A stretch of 58,264 nt of DNA, taken from assembly GCA_964476475.1 (NCBI GenBank), contig CAYZAT010000001.1, positions 1 to 58,264 on the forward strand, in the 5' to 3' direction. Origin of the DNA: an uncultured Pirellulales bacterium (lineage in GTDB: Bacteria; Planctomycetota; Phycisphaerae; Sedimentisphaerales; Anaerobacaceae). This document shows, in pieces, positions 1 through 8,296 of this stretch (positions are counted from its first letter, which is position 1; the number at the start of each line of letters is the position of its first letter). The notes beneath the pieces were generated by a model that saw only the letters and a program-made list of their open reading frames with translations, did no database searches and was not told the origin of the DNA. The translations under genes were made by a program, and so were the position numbers.

Positions 1-602
1 TCAATGCTGTCCGTGCTGGTTCCCATCAATACACCATCGATGAACAGTTGCATCCCTCCTGCGGTGTCGCTTCGCCATACGATATGGATCCATTTATCTT
101 GAGGAATCACCAGGTCATTGAGTGTGTAGTCTCCTGCCGGTGTGAATCGATAATCAGCGACGCCGTACAAGGTGAAGCCCGCTTCGCCCAAAGCTGTCCA
201 CCCGGCCAGCCGAACGGATGTCGTCGCACTGTCATGGAGGGCCTGGGGTTCCTGGGCGGCCGGCGGTTTGACCGTTTTGATGATATATTCTACGGTCCAT
301 GGGGTTGCCAGGTCCGTCGCACCGGCGAAATCAACGACGTTCCCCTCGCTACGGGTAAATCTCGCAGCCGTTCCGGCCGTGAATCGCCCTTCCTGGCCTA
401 AGGTGACCCCATTGTAGGCTCCGTTCAGACCTCCGCTGCCCGCGTCGACACACTCCGAGCCGGTCTCATCGAATTTATACCAGTGAAGAGGATTCGCTTC
501 GCCGATTGCCGCTTCCCATCCGTCGAGATCGGCTTGAACGACACTACAGGCCGCCGACACCAAAATGAAAGAAACGGCCAGATAAGTTATTTTCTTGTAC
601 AT
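1..602 (-). CDS. LamG (concanavalin A-like lectin) family exported protein, N-terminal fragment; ORF continues past the left window edge
   Basis: Absent from the ORF track because it is open at the edge. My translation of the minus strand from the ATG (complement of 600-602) gives MYKKITYLAVSFILVSAACSVVQADLDGWEAAIGEANPLHWYKFDETGSECVDAGSGGLNGAYNGVTLGQEGRFTAG...LVIPQDKWIHIVWRSDTAGGMQLFIDGVLMGTSTDSI with no stop. It shows a signal peptide followed by a LamG_3-like pattern (WYKFDE..G....D.SG.G..G...G). Confidence 0.7.
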   Translation of the reverse strand, partial: MYKKITYLAVSFILVSAACSVVQADLDGWEAAIGEANPLHWYKFDETGSECVDAGSGGLNGAYNGVTLGQEGRFTAGTAARFTRSEGNVVDFAGATDLATPWTVEYIIKTVKPPAAQEPQALHDSATTSVRLAGWTALGEAGFTLYGVADYRFTPAGDYTLNDLVIPQDKWIHIVWRSDTAGGMQLFIDGVLMGTSTDSI

Positions 603-640
603 CAATAGTCCTCTCAATAAATGTGAAAATCAATTTTTAG

Positions 641-731
641 CGTAGGGACAGGCCCCTGTGCCTGTCCGCATTCAATCGCCGGACATTGTCCTTTGGCCGG
701 ATTCGGACGCCCACGGGGGGGCGTCCCTACG
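641..731. repeat. GC-rich multi-hairpin REP-like element (family 2), intergenic copy inside the 5' leader of the 1-602 gene
   Basis: Outer inverted repeat cgtaggga(641-648)/tccctacg(724-731). Internal hairpins are ggacaggc-ccctgt-gcctgtcc (645-666) and ggacgcc-cacgggg-ggcgtcc (706-726), joined by ATTCAA/ATTCGG linkers. The same layout is seen at 20358-20426 and in the intragenic copies. Confidence 0.7.
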
Positions 732-757
732 GCAGCTACATACCCGAGCAATAATGA

Positions 758-846
758 GTGATTTCGGTTTGATTGGCGTTGCACTTGATCCGGATCCCGC
801 CGGACCGATGCCTCACGGCATGCGATAACCTCCTTCCTGTCCCTTT
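758..846 (-). promoter_or_regulatory. Conserved 5' leader block of the exported-protein family (copy A)
   Basis: In sense orientation it reads aaagggacaggaaggaggttatcgcatgcc...ggatccggatcaagtgc...aaccgaaatcac. By my manual alignment this matches 6371-6458 and 34904-34994 at GGCAG(G/A)AAGGAGGT, GGATCAAG and CCGAAA(A)T. Confidence 0.45.
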
Positions 847-850
847 ATGT

Positions 851-949
851 CAAATGCAGAAATCAAAGATTAAAAATCAAAATTGCGGAATCGTCGCATC
901 GCGACGATGACTTCCTTAATTTTGCATTTTACACTTTGCATTTTGATTT
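851..949. repeat. AT-rich ~95-bp imperfect palindromic element (family 1), copy 1
   Basis: The sequence reads ...aaaaatcaaaattgcggaa tcgtcgc atc gcgacga tgacttccttaattttgcattttacactttgcattttg. AT-rich arms flank a GC central stem (891-897/901-907). Related copies lie at 1218-1313 and 48547-48636. Confidence 0.75.
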
Positions 950-1010
950 ATTTTTTGATAAATGCATATCCTCTTCCGGGGTCCGGTAATCCCCGGAAGC
1001 ATCTAATCAG

Positions 1011-1040
1011 CTTATACCAAATCTCTGGCGGATGCGTCAA
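1011..1040 (-). promoter_or_regulatory. Sigma70-type promoter, TTGACG-N18-(tgg)TATAAG, for the 1-602 gene
   Basis: The minus-strand sense reads ttctcTTGACGcatccgccagagatttggTATAAGctg. The -35 is the complement of 1035-1040 and the -10 is the complement of 1011-1016, with an 18-nt spacer and a TGn extended -10. The same architecture precedes three other family members. Confidence 0.5.
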
Positions 1041-1155
1041 GAGAAATCTCATCGTTTGCTTGAGAACCGTCTCACTTTTGCAGGAATGACATCCATAGAA
1101 CCACAGGGCATATCCGCCGCAAGGTGGATGGCATGCGTGGCGTTCCCTAAATAGC

Positions 1156-1190
1156 CGTGGCCTATACCGGTTAATCCGGCATAGACCACG
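1156..1190 (-). terminator. Stem-loop downstream of the 1319-4048 gene (putative terminator, no clear U tract)
   Basis: cgtggcctata-ccggttaatccgg-catagaccacg forms a long stem with one mismatch. In sense orientation (cgtggtctatgccgg...) it resembles the hairpins after the paralogues at 37390-37425 and 44350-44377 (cggggcctatgc(c/t)gg...). Confidence 0.4.
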
Positions 1191-1217
1191 AACGCATGTC
1201 GATTCTAATTAAATCGC

Positions 1218-1313
1218 ATCTAAATTTTAAAAGTCAAAACTCAAAACTGCGGACTCATCGCTTTGCGATGATGACCTCCTCAATTTTACATTTTGAACTT
1301 TAGATTCTACATT
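1218..1313. repeat. AT-rich ~95-bp imperfect palindromic element (family 1), copy 2
   Basis: The sequence reads atctaaattttaaaagtcaaaactcaaaactgcggac tcatcgc ttt gcgatga tgacctcctcaattttacattttgaactttagat. The central stem is 1254-1260/1264-1270 and the terminal inverted repeat is atctaaa. It abuts the stop codon of the 1319-4048 gene. Confidence 0.7.
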
Positions 1314-1318
1314 TCCTG

Positions 1319-4048
1319 TTAGGGTCGGTACAAGCGAATGTCGTCAACAAATATCGTGCCGGAACCGCCGGGGCCGGTGAGACCCGATTGGGTTCCCAGA
1401 CCGATGGCGATTTTGTCCACGTTACCCAGGTTAATCCCCTGGTCGGCAAGGGCCTGCAGCGGGAAGCGCCACTCGGTCCAGTCGTCGATCTGGGCCGCCG
1501 CCGGATCGTCATTCGCCACGACCGCCGGGGCGCCGGACGCATTGGAAACCGCGACGTACATCGGTTCGGCTGCATTGCTGGCGATACCAATGTCCTGGTT
1601 CGTCCATTGCCCGGTGACTCCGCCGCTCGACGTTATATCGGAGAACTGGGCTTCGCAGACAACGCCGGCGGAATGAGACGTCAGCGCTATGCCGATATAG
1701 ACAGTTTGCGCCATTGGAATGTTTTGCGCATTCCACGTCATCGGTTGCCACGTGCCGCCGTCGCTGGAATAGAAGGCTCTGAAGTTACCTGCTGCATCAC
1801 GTTCAAATCTTATCCAGTAGGGCGCCGTGATGGCTGTCTGCGTGCTTGATACGACAGAATCGTCGGCCACGGCGTCTGCGTCGGTTGTCATTCGCGCCTG
1901 GAATCGACAACCGTTGCCGGGCGAGATAAAGACCCATGCGAACTTCGAGCCGGGATCCAGCGATTCCCGAATCATGATACCCGCTTTGGCCCAGGCGTTT
2001 GTGTTCTCAACGCTGAGCACCTGGGCTTGCATCGATCCGCTGCCGTTCAATGTTTTGAACGCGTAGTGGAACTGATCGGCAGTGCCCCAGATATCTTCGC
2101 CTTCCGCGGTCATCGTGTATGTCCCGACGGGGCCTTCGACGAAGCTGCCGGTGGAGGCCGGAGCGCCGTGGAACCACAATGAAAAGTCGGTCACGCCTTC
2201 CACGGTCCAGTCGCGAGCCTTACTCAATGTCAGGATCGCCTCGGAATTGGTCACGCCTGCTATGTTGGCATAAAGCAGCGGCATGGACTGCAAGCCGCTT
2301 TGCACGGTTGCCTGCTCGGCATAGGGCGGCAGCAGATAACCGACCTGCGCGCCGTTGTCGGCGACGCCGAAACCGTCGATCCAATGTTGCCAGATGGCTT
2401 CTCCGGCGATGTCATCATCCGTGTAGCTCTCGAAGTCTTCGACGATCACGAAGTCGGCGGTGGTGAAGCTCCAGACGCGTCCGAGCCACGGACTGTCGGG
2501 ATTGGTATTATTCACTTCGTCTATACGCCAGTAGTACGTCGAATTCCACGCCAGTTGACCCGGATCGTACATTTCATCGCCCAGGGCTTTCGTGCCCTTG
2601 TATTCAGGCGATGCGGTCGTAGCGTTTCGCACAGCTTCTGCGTCTGCGCCGAAGTAGATTTCATGTGACGCTGCGGGGATTGCCGGGTCCCATGTGAGGA
2701 TGGGTGTCTGCGTGACGTCCACGGCCCCGTCCGCCGGATTCGGATTGCCGACGGCGCCCTCCGTCGTAAAGCTCCAGACGTCCCCTTGGTACGTCGTAAT
2801 CGCATCGAATTCATCGACACGCCAGTAGTAGATTTTCGCCGCTTTGAGGGTTCCGGGGTCATAGCTGGTCGTTCCCGCGGGAACTCCAACCGTGGCATTT
2901 GCGACGGTGTCATAGTCCTCGCCGAAGTACACGGTATGCAATTTCGCACCAAAACCCGGCGTCCAGTTCAACTTCGCGTTCAAGGCCACAGAGTCGGCCC
3001 CATCCGCCGGATCAGGAGCATAGGCCTTTTTGGGGGGAATGGAAAAGCTCCAGACGTCGCCTTTATGGACGGTTTCATCCGGCGGTGCGTTCACCTCGTC
3101 GATGCGCCAGTAGTAGGTCGTACCCGGCGCCAGCCCTTCCGGATAAGCAAAACCCGGAAAGCCGGCGATATAAAAATCACCGGTCTGGTTGCCCCGAAAT
3201 ACGCCGGACTCTCTCGTGGCGTCGTTCACCTCGTCGAGGTTTTCGCCCATATACACATCGTGCGAGACGGCAAAGTCTCCGGCTCGCCAGGACAGGGTCA
3301 CCCACGTATCCATGTGTATCGCGCCGTTGGCCGGATTGGGACCCGATGCCTTGGGATAAGCGCCCATACCTTCCATAATCGTCTGAATTTCCTCTTCCGT
3401 CAGTGCGCGGCTGAACAGCGACACATCATCCAGGGCGCCGTTCATTTGGCGTCCCGGAAAATCGCCAGACCCGTCCCCCCCCAGGTAGATGTTGGCGTTC
3501 CAATTGTTCGAGCCATGAGAAATCTCGTTGACGGATCCCGCCACGCCATTGACATAGAACGTGGCCTGATCGGGCTCGACCACCACGGCGGCAAAGGTCC
3601 AGTCATCCTCCGCGATCATGTCGCCACCGCGGTAGCTCCACGAGTCGGACGTATCATTCCAGTGATACGCCAACTGGTAACCGAGGATGTTGAAACCCGT
3701 TGCAACGCCGCGGGTCATAATGAACGAGGACCAGTCCGGCTGTGAACCGTCCGGTTTGATCCATCCGGCCATCGTGGCTTCCGTCAGTTCCATGTCAATA
3801 GGGGGGACTTCAACCAGTGTGGGCCCGTACAACTCAATGGCGCCTCCATGAATGCCCTCGGTCCAGGCGGGATCGCCATACGCAAACGTCCCGTCGTGGC
3901 CGTTGCCGGACGCATCACTCACAACGTTACCTGCCCCTTCATCACACGCCCACCAGGCGATGAGACCCGGCAAAGCGCCATAAACCTGATTCATCGGGGC
4001 TAAGCCCAATAATATGAGGACAACCACATACATCACTTTTCGAAACAT
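1319..4048 (-). CDS. Exported LamG-head / 3x beta-sandwich repeat / C-terminal IDDIRLY-module protein, with a nested DUF1349-like lectin domain (family member B, 909 aa)
   Basis: A signal peptide (MFRKVMYVVVLILLGLAPMNQVYG) is followed by a LamG_3-like region (DASGNGHDGTF ... LDDVSLFSRALTEEEIQTIM). Three repeats follow with SH(D/E)(V/I)Y(M/F)G...YYWR(I/V)DE...VWSF(S/T). The C-terminal module ends FVDDIRLYRP. RBS is gaaggagaagtatt before the ATG. Confidence 0.9.
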   Translation of the reverse strand: MFRKVMYVVVLILLGLAPMNQVYGALPGLIAWWACDEGAGNVVSDASGNGHDGTFAYGDPAWTEGIHGGAIELYGPTLVEVPPIDMELTEATMAGWIKPDGSQPDWSSFIMTRGVATGFNILGYQLAYHWNDTSDSWSYRGGDMIAEDDWTFAAVVVEPDQATFYVNGVAGSVNEISHGSNNWNANIYLGGDGSGDFPGRQMNGALDDVSLFSRALTEEEIQTIMEGMGAYPKASGPNPANGAIHMDTWVTLSWRAGDFAVSHDVYMGENLDEVNDATRESGVFRGNQTGDFYIAGFPGFAYPEGLAPGTTYYWRIDEVNAPPDETVHKGDVWSFSIPPKKAYAPDPADGADSVALNAKLNWTPGFGAKLHTVYFGEDYDTVANATVGVPAGTTSYDPGTLKAAKIYYWRVDEFDAITTYQGDVWSFTTEGAVGNPNPADGAVDVTQTPILTWDPAIPAASHEIYFGADAEAVRNATTASPEYKGTKALGDEMYDPGQLAWNSTYYWRIDEVNNTNPDSPWLGRVWSFTTADFVIVEDFESYTDDDIAGEAIWQHWIDGFGVADNGAQVGYLLPPYAEQATVQSGLQSMPLLYANIAGVTNSEAILTLSKARDWTVEGVTDFSLWFHGAPASTGSFVEGPVGTYTMTAEGEDIWGTADQFHYAFKTLNGSGSMQAQVLSVENTNAWAKAGIMIRESLDPGSKFAWVFISPGNGCRFQARMTTDADAVADDSVVSSTQTAITAPYWIRFERDAAGNFRAFYSSDGGTWQPMTWNAQNIPMAQTVYIGIALTSHSAGVVCEAQFSDITSSGGVTGQWTNQDIGIASNAAEPMYVAVSNASGAPAVVANDDPAAAQIDDWTEWRFPLQALADQGINLGNVDKIAIGLGTQSGLTGPGGSGTIFVDDIRLYRP

Positions 4049-4167
4049 AATACTTCTCCTTCAAGAAAACCTGTGATCGTGATGCCCCAGTCACCCACCT
4101 GAGCGACCAGCATCGGTTTCATACATATTGATTCTCGTTCTATAGCAACATAAGGTGGGGATTTCGG

Positions 4168-6306
4168 TCAGTATAACCGAATGTCGTCAATGAACAACGT
4201 GCCCGATCCGCCGGCAGCCGCACCGGCTTTACCGCCCAGGCCGATGGCCATCTTATCCACATTGGTTAAATTGATCCCCTGATCGGTAAGCGCCTGCAAC
4301 GGAACGCGCCACTGTGTCCACGACCCGTCCGTGGCGGCGCTCGGATCATCATAGGCCGCAACCGCAGCCGAGCCGGCGCTGTTGGAAACCGCGACATACA
4401 GCGGTTCTGCTGCGTTGCCCGAATCGCCCCTGAACCAGAGTGACAGTTCCGAGACACCCGCCTGTGTCCAATCCCGCGGCGCCGTCAGAGCCAACGTCGC
4501 CTCCGAATTCGTTACGCCCGCTTCGTTAATGTAAAGCAGCGGCATAGACTGGGAGCCGCTATGAACAATGGTCTGCTCGGCATAGGGGGGCAATAAATAG
4601 CCGACCTGTGCGCCGTTATCCGCAATACCGTAGCCGTCCACCCACGTTTGCCAGATGGCCTCACCGGCAACGTCGTCATCGGTGTAGCCCTCAAAATCAT
4701 CAATTGAGAGGAAAGCACCCGTCGTGAAAATCCAGACAGGCCCGGTTGATCTATTGCCTTGAGCATCGACTTCATCGACGCGCCAGAAATAAGTCGTACC
4801 GGCCTCGAGCAATCCCGGATCGTGATTCTCAGCCCCCAGCGCCTTGGATCCTTTATACTCGGGCGAGGTCGTATCGGCGTTGCGCACGGTCTCTTGATCT
4901 ATCCCGAAGTAAAGTTCATGCGAGGCCGCGGAATCGGCCGATGTCCAGCCAAGAACCGTATTCATTCCGACATCCGTGGCGTTATAGACGGGTTTCGGAT
5001 TCCCGACGGCGCCCGGGGTCGTGAAGTGCCAAATATCACCCTTATGCGTCGCGAGGGCATCAAATTCATCAACCCGCCAGTAATAGACTTTTTCGCCTTC
5101 AAGGGGACCGGGATTATAGCTTGCAATGCCCACAGGAGCACCTCCAGCGGCATTGTTTACCTCATCGAATGTCTCGCCGAAGTAGACCGTATGTAGTTTT
5201 GCCCCGTACCCCGGCGTCCAACTCAAAGTGACATCATCCGGGCCAACGACTTCGGCGCCGTCGGCCGGTTCGGGATGATATGCCGTCTTCGGTGGAATCG
5301 TGAAGCTCCAGACGTCCCCCGTATAGACGGTTTCGTCCGGCGGTGCATTCACCTCGTCGATGCGCCAATAATAGGTCGTGCCCGGTACAAGACCATCCGG
5401 ATAGGCAAAGCCGGGGAAGCCGGCGACATAAAAATCAGCGGTCTGGTTGCCAAGGAATATGTCGGAATCTGTGGTGGCATTGCTCACGTTATCAAAATTC
5501 TCGCCCATATAGACGTTGTGCGAGACAGCAAAGTCGCCTGCCCGCCAGGCAAGGGTTACCCATGTATCCATATGCATGGCGCCGTCCGCCGGATCGGGAT
5601 TTGCGGCTTTTGGATAGGTACCTAAACCGTCCATGATAATCTGAATTTCCTCTGCCGTCAGCGCCCGGCTGAACATCGCAACATCATCCAGGGCGCCGTT
5701 CATTTTGCGATCCGTACCAGCATAAGTGTAATCACCCCCCAGGTAGATGTTGGCGTTCCAATTGTTCGATGCGTGAGAAATCTCGTTGACGGATCCGGCC
5801 ACACCATTGACATAGAACGTGGCCTTATCCGGCTCGACCGTCACGGCGGCGAACGTCCACTCATCCTCAGCGATCATGTCGCCGCCTCGGTAGCTCCAGG
5901 AGTCTGACGTGTCATTCCAGTGATAGGCCAATTGATAACCCAGAATATTGAAACCTGATGCAACGCCGCGCGTCATAATGAACGAGGACCAGTCCGTTTG
6001 TGAAGCGTACGGTAAGATCCATCCGGCCATCGTGGCTTCCGTCAGTTCCATATCAATGGGTTGTATTTCAACCAACGTGGGCGCTACCAGTTCGACGGCG
6101 CTGCCGCGATTGCCCGGAACCCAAACCGGATCGCCATTGACAAACGTTCCGTCATGGCCGTTGCCGGACGCATCCCCCACGACATTACCGGCCCCTTCAT
6201 CACACGTCCACCAGGCAATGAGATCCGGCACGGACCCATAGACCCGATTCATCGGGGCTAAACTCAACATTATTAACAGAACCACAAATATCGCGTGTCG
6301 AAACAT
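4168..6306 (-). CDS. Exported LamG-head / 3x repeat / C-terminal IDDIRLY-module protein (family member C, 712 aa)
   Basis: The N-terminal ~230 aa are nearly identical to member B. The same three repeats and C-terminal module are present (DDFEGYTDDDVAGEAIWQTWVDGYGIADNGAQVGYLLPPYAEQTIVHSG...LFIDDIRLY). The RBS context gaaggagaagtattATG is identical to B. Confidence 0.9.
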   Translation of the reverse strand: MFRHAIFVVLLIMLSLAPMNRVYGSVPDLIAWWTCDEGAGNVVGDASGNGHDGTFVNGDPVWVPGNRGSAVELVAPTLVEIQPIDMELTEATMAGWILPYASQTDWSSFIMTRGVASGFNILGYQLAYHWNDTSDSWSYRGGDMIAEDEWTFAAVTVEPDKATFYVNGVAGSVNEISHASNNWNANIYLGGDYTYAGTDRKMNGALDDVAMFSRALTAEEIQIIMDGLGTYPKAANPDPADGAMHMDTWVTLAWRAGDFAVSHNVYMGENFDNVSNATTDSDIFLGNQTADFYVAGFPGFAYPDGLVPGTTYYWRIDEVNAPPDETVYTGDVWSFTIPPKTAYHPEPADGAEVVGPDDVTLSWTPGYGAKLHTVYFGETFDEVNNAAGGAPVGIASYNPGPLEGEKVYYWRVDEFDALATHKGDIWHFTTPGAVGNPKPVYNATDVGMNTVLGWTSADSAASHELYFGIDQETVRNADTTSPEYKGSKALGAENHDPGLLEAGTTYFWRVDEVDAQGNRSTGPVWIFTTGAFLSIDDFEGYTDDDVAGEAIWQTWVDGYGIADNGAQVGYLLPPYAEQTIVHSGSQSMPLLYINEAGVTNSEATLALTAPRDWTQAGVSELSLWFRGDSGNAAEPLYVAVSNSAGSAAVAAYDDPSAATDGSWTQWRVPLQALTDQGINLTNVDKMAIGLGGKAGAAAGGSGTLFIDDIRLY

Positions 6307-6370
6307 AATACTTCTCCTTCAAGAAAATCTAAACAATCGTCATGTTCTGATTACATACTAAGGCAGTAAA

Positions 6371-6458
6371 TATTGATTTCGGCTTCATTCTTGCGGTACT
6401 TGATCCGTATCCGCGCGGATTGTTCTGTACGATATGCGCAACCTCCTTCCTGCCCTTT
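6371..6458 (-). promoter_or_regulatory. Conserved 5' leader block of the family (copy C)
   Basis: The sense strand reads aaagggcaggaaggaggttgcgcatatcgtacagaacaatccgcgcggatacggatcaagtaccgcaagaatgaagccgaaatcaata, and it aligns with 758-846 and 34904-34994. Confidence 0.45.
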
Positions 6459-6552
6459 CCACGCCCGATTGGACTTTTCGGAAAGAGCGTGAAAATCTGC
6501 ACTTAAATACATGTACCCTCGAAGGGTCCTATAACTCTGAACACCTGCCCTG

Positions 6553-6582
6553 TTTATACCAGGTTCGTCGTGGGTGCGTCAA
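6553..6582 (-). promoter_or_regulatory. Sigma70-type promoter TTGACG-N18-(tgg)TATAAA for the C-B operon
   Basis: The sense strand reads atttcacTTGACGcacccacgacgaacctggTATAAAcag, with an 18-nt spacer. It lies about 240 nt upstream of the ATG at 6306. Confidence 0.5.
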
Positions 6583-6754
6583 GTGAAATCTTGCAGATTG
6601 CTCGCATGCCGCATGCCGGCGTTTTCGTTCCGGGCCTTGTATATCGCTGAATTGGGGCAGGCCAAAGGTTGTCGATCCGCGGCCTGTCGTCTATAATCCG
6701 ATGACGGTTTGAAGAATAGTCGGGTTGCATGAAGTGGCGAACGGTTGGAAAGCA

Positions 6755-8296
6755 ATGATAAAAAGACCCGTGATCATAGGTGTGATTAGCGTCCTTATCA
6801 TCCTTTCGGGCCTATGGATTCTTTTCTCGCCCTCGAACGTTGTCGGAGAGGGCATACCCATCGCGTACGAGCCGAATATTTCGCCCGACTACTCCGGATT
6901 AGTCATCCCACCCAATATCGCACCTTTGAATTTCAGAATCCTCGAAAAAGGACAGGCCTATGGGGTCAGGATTCATTCCGCAAGCGGCCCGGCGATCAAC
7001 ATTGCCGGCAAAACGGGCCGAATACGCATCCCTCTCAGGAAATGGCGACGCCTTTTGGACGCCAACAGAGGCCGGGAGTTTTTCATAGATGTTTACGTCA
7101 GAAATGCGGAAGGGCAATGGCTGCAATTTAAGCGCATCGTTAACACGATCGCGGATGAAGAGATTGACCGGACGCTCGTGTATCGGTTTATGAAACCGGT
7201 CTATAACATGTGGAACGATATGGGGATTTTTCAACGCGACCTCACCGATTTCGATGTATCGCCGGTGATGCAGGGCCATTCCTTCGGCAAAGGGTGCCTT
7301 AATTGCCACAGCTTCGCAGGGAACGCGACGGATTCGATGACGATTTGTCTGCGCAGTCTGACCTACGGGAGCAGCACGTTGCTGGCCTGCAACGGCGATG
7401 TTCATAAGATCGGCACAAAATGGGGCTACACCGCCTGGCATCCGAGCGGTCGGCTGGCCGTATATTCGATCAATAAAGTGCGTCAGTTTTTTCATGCTGG
7501 CGGTATGGAGGTCCGGGACGTGGTGGACCTCGACTCGGCATTGCTTTGCTATCACCTCGACAGCCGGAAGGTAACAAGCCCCGAAGAACTGGCCGACAAG
7601 GACCGGCTCGAAACCTATCCGGCGTGGTCTCCGGATGGTCGGACGCTCTATTTTTGCAGCGCTCCGATTCTGTGGCAGGATCGCGACACGGTGCCGCCCG
7701 AGAACTACGATAAGGTCAAGTACGACCTTAGGCGCATCGCCTATGATGTCGAAACCGACCAATGGGGTGAGGTCGAGACCGTGCTGTCGGCGGATGAAAC
7801 GGGACTGAGCATTATGTTGCCGAGAGTATCGCCGGACGGCCGCTTTCTTTTGTTCTGCATGTGTCGGTACGGCTGCTTTCCCATCTATCAACCGAGCAGC
7901 GACCTTTACCTCATGGATGTAGCTACAGGGGATTATCGCAAGCTGGAGGTGAACAGTCCCTATTCCGAATCGTGGCACAGTTGGTCAGGTAACAGCCGGT
8001 GGATTGCGTTCAGCAGCAAGCGTCAGGGGGGATCATTAACCAGAACATACCTGAGCTATGTTGACGTAGCCGGCAAGGTCCACAAGCCCTTTGTCTTGCC
8101 GCAAAAGGATCCGGCGTATTATGACTCATTGGTCGAGACGTTCAGTGTCCCTGAGTTGATTGAGGGGCGCGTCAAAGTGAGCACGTCGCTACTGGCCCGG
8201 ATGGCTCGCAGTGAACCTTCGATAGCGGTGGATATTCCCATTACCGGCGCAACGCGTCCGGTCAAGCCGTCGGATCCGTGGGTGGAGCGTGAGTGA
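6755..8296 (+). CDS. Membrane-anchored periplasmic protein with one CXXCH haem-c motif and TolB/PD40-like beta-propeller repeats
   Basis: An N-terminal TM segment (VIIGVISVLIILSGLWILF) is followed by the motif GKGCLNCHSF. PD40-like repeats are present (YPAWSPDGRTLYF, PRVSPDGRFLLF, WSGNSRWIAFSS). The start is uncertain: the ORF track begins at TTG 6725, and I prefer ATG 6755. Confidence 0.7.
   Translation: MIKRPVIIGVISVLIILSGLWILFSPSNVVGEGIPIAYEPNISPDYSGLVIPPNIAPLNFRILEKGQAYGVRIHSASGPAINIAGKTGRIRIPLRKWRRLLDANRGREFFIDVYVRNAEGQWLQFKRIVNTIADEEIDRTLVYRFMKPVYNMWNDMGIFQRDLTDFDVSPVMQGHSFGKGCLNCHSFAGNATDSMTICLRSLTYGSSTLLACNGDVHKIGTKWGYTAWHPSGRLAVYSINKVRQFFHAGGMEVRDVVDLDSALLCYHLDSRKVTSPEELADKDRLETYPAWSPDGRTLYFCSAPILWQDRDTVPPENYDKVKYDLRRIAYDVETDQWGEVETVLSADETGLSIMLPRVSPDGRFLLFCMCRYGCFPIYQPSSDLYLMDVATGDYRKLEVNSPYSESWHSWSGNSRWIAFSSKRQGGSLTRTYLSYVDVAGKVHKPFVLPQKDPAYYDSLVETFSVPELIEGRVKVSTSLLARMARSEPSIAVDIPITGATRPVKPSDPWVERE

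Noticed and set aside
883-1089. 68-aa ORF MRNRRIATMTSLILHFTLCILIYFL...
   Set aside because: The hydrophobic part is just the translation of the family-1 palindromic repeat (851-949), and the rest runs through the predicted promoter of gene A on the opposite strand. I treat it as non-coding.
851-1313. Possible invertible promoter switch: two family-1 elements bracket the promoter of gene A.
   Set aside because: The two copies are in the same orientation as far as the asymmetric centre (tgcgga...tgac(t/c)tcc) shows, not inverted. No recombinase or invertase gene is in the window. The arrangement is more simply explained by independent insertions or by a terminator plus a leader insertion.
2786-3745. 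Long antisense ORFs inside recognised genes. Examples are 2786-3745(+), 6899-7978(-), 19151-20362(+), 20817-21605(-), 26821-27597(+), 44754-45572(+), 17672-18601(+) and 32211-32804(-).
   Set aside because: Each lies entirely opposite a gene with clear domain signatures. Their translations are Arg/Gly/Pro/His-rich low-complexity sequences typical of shadow ORFs in GC-rich coding DNA, and they have no RBS or recognisable motifs.
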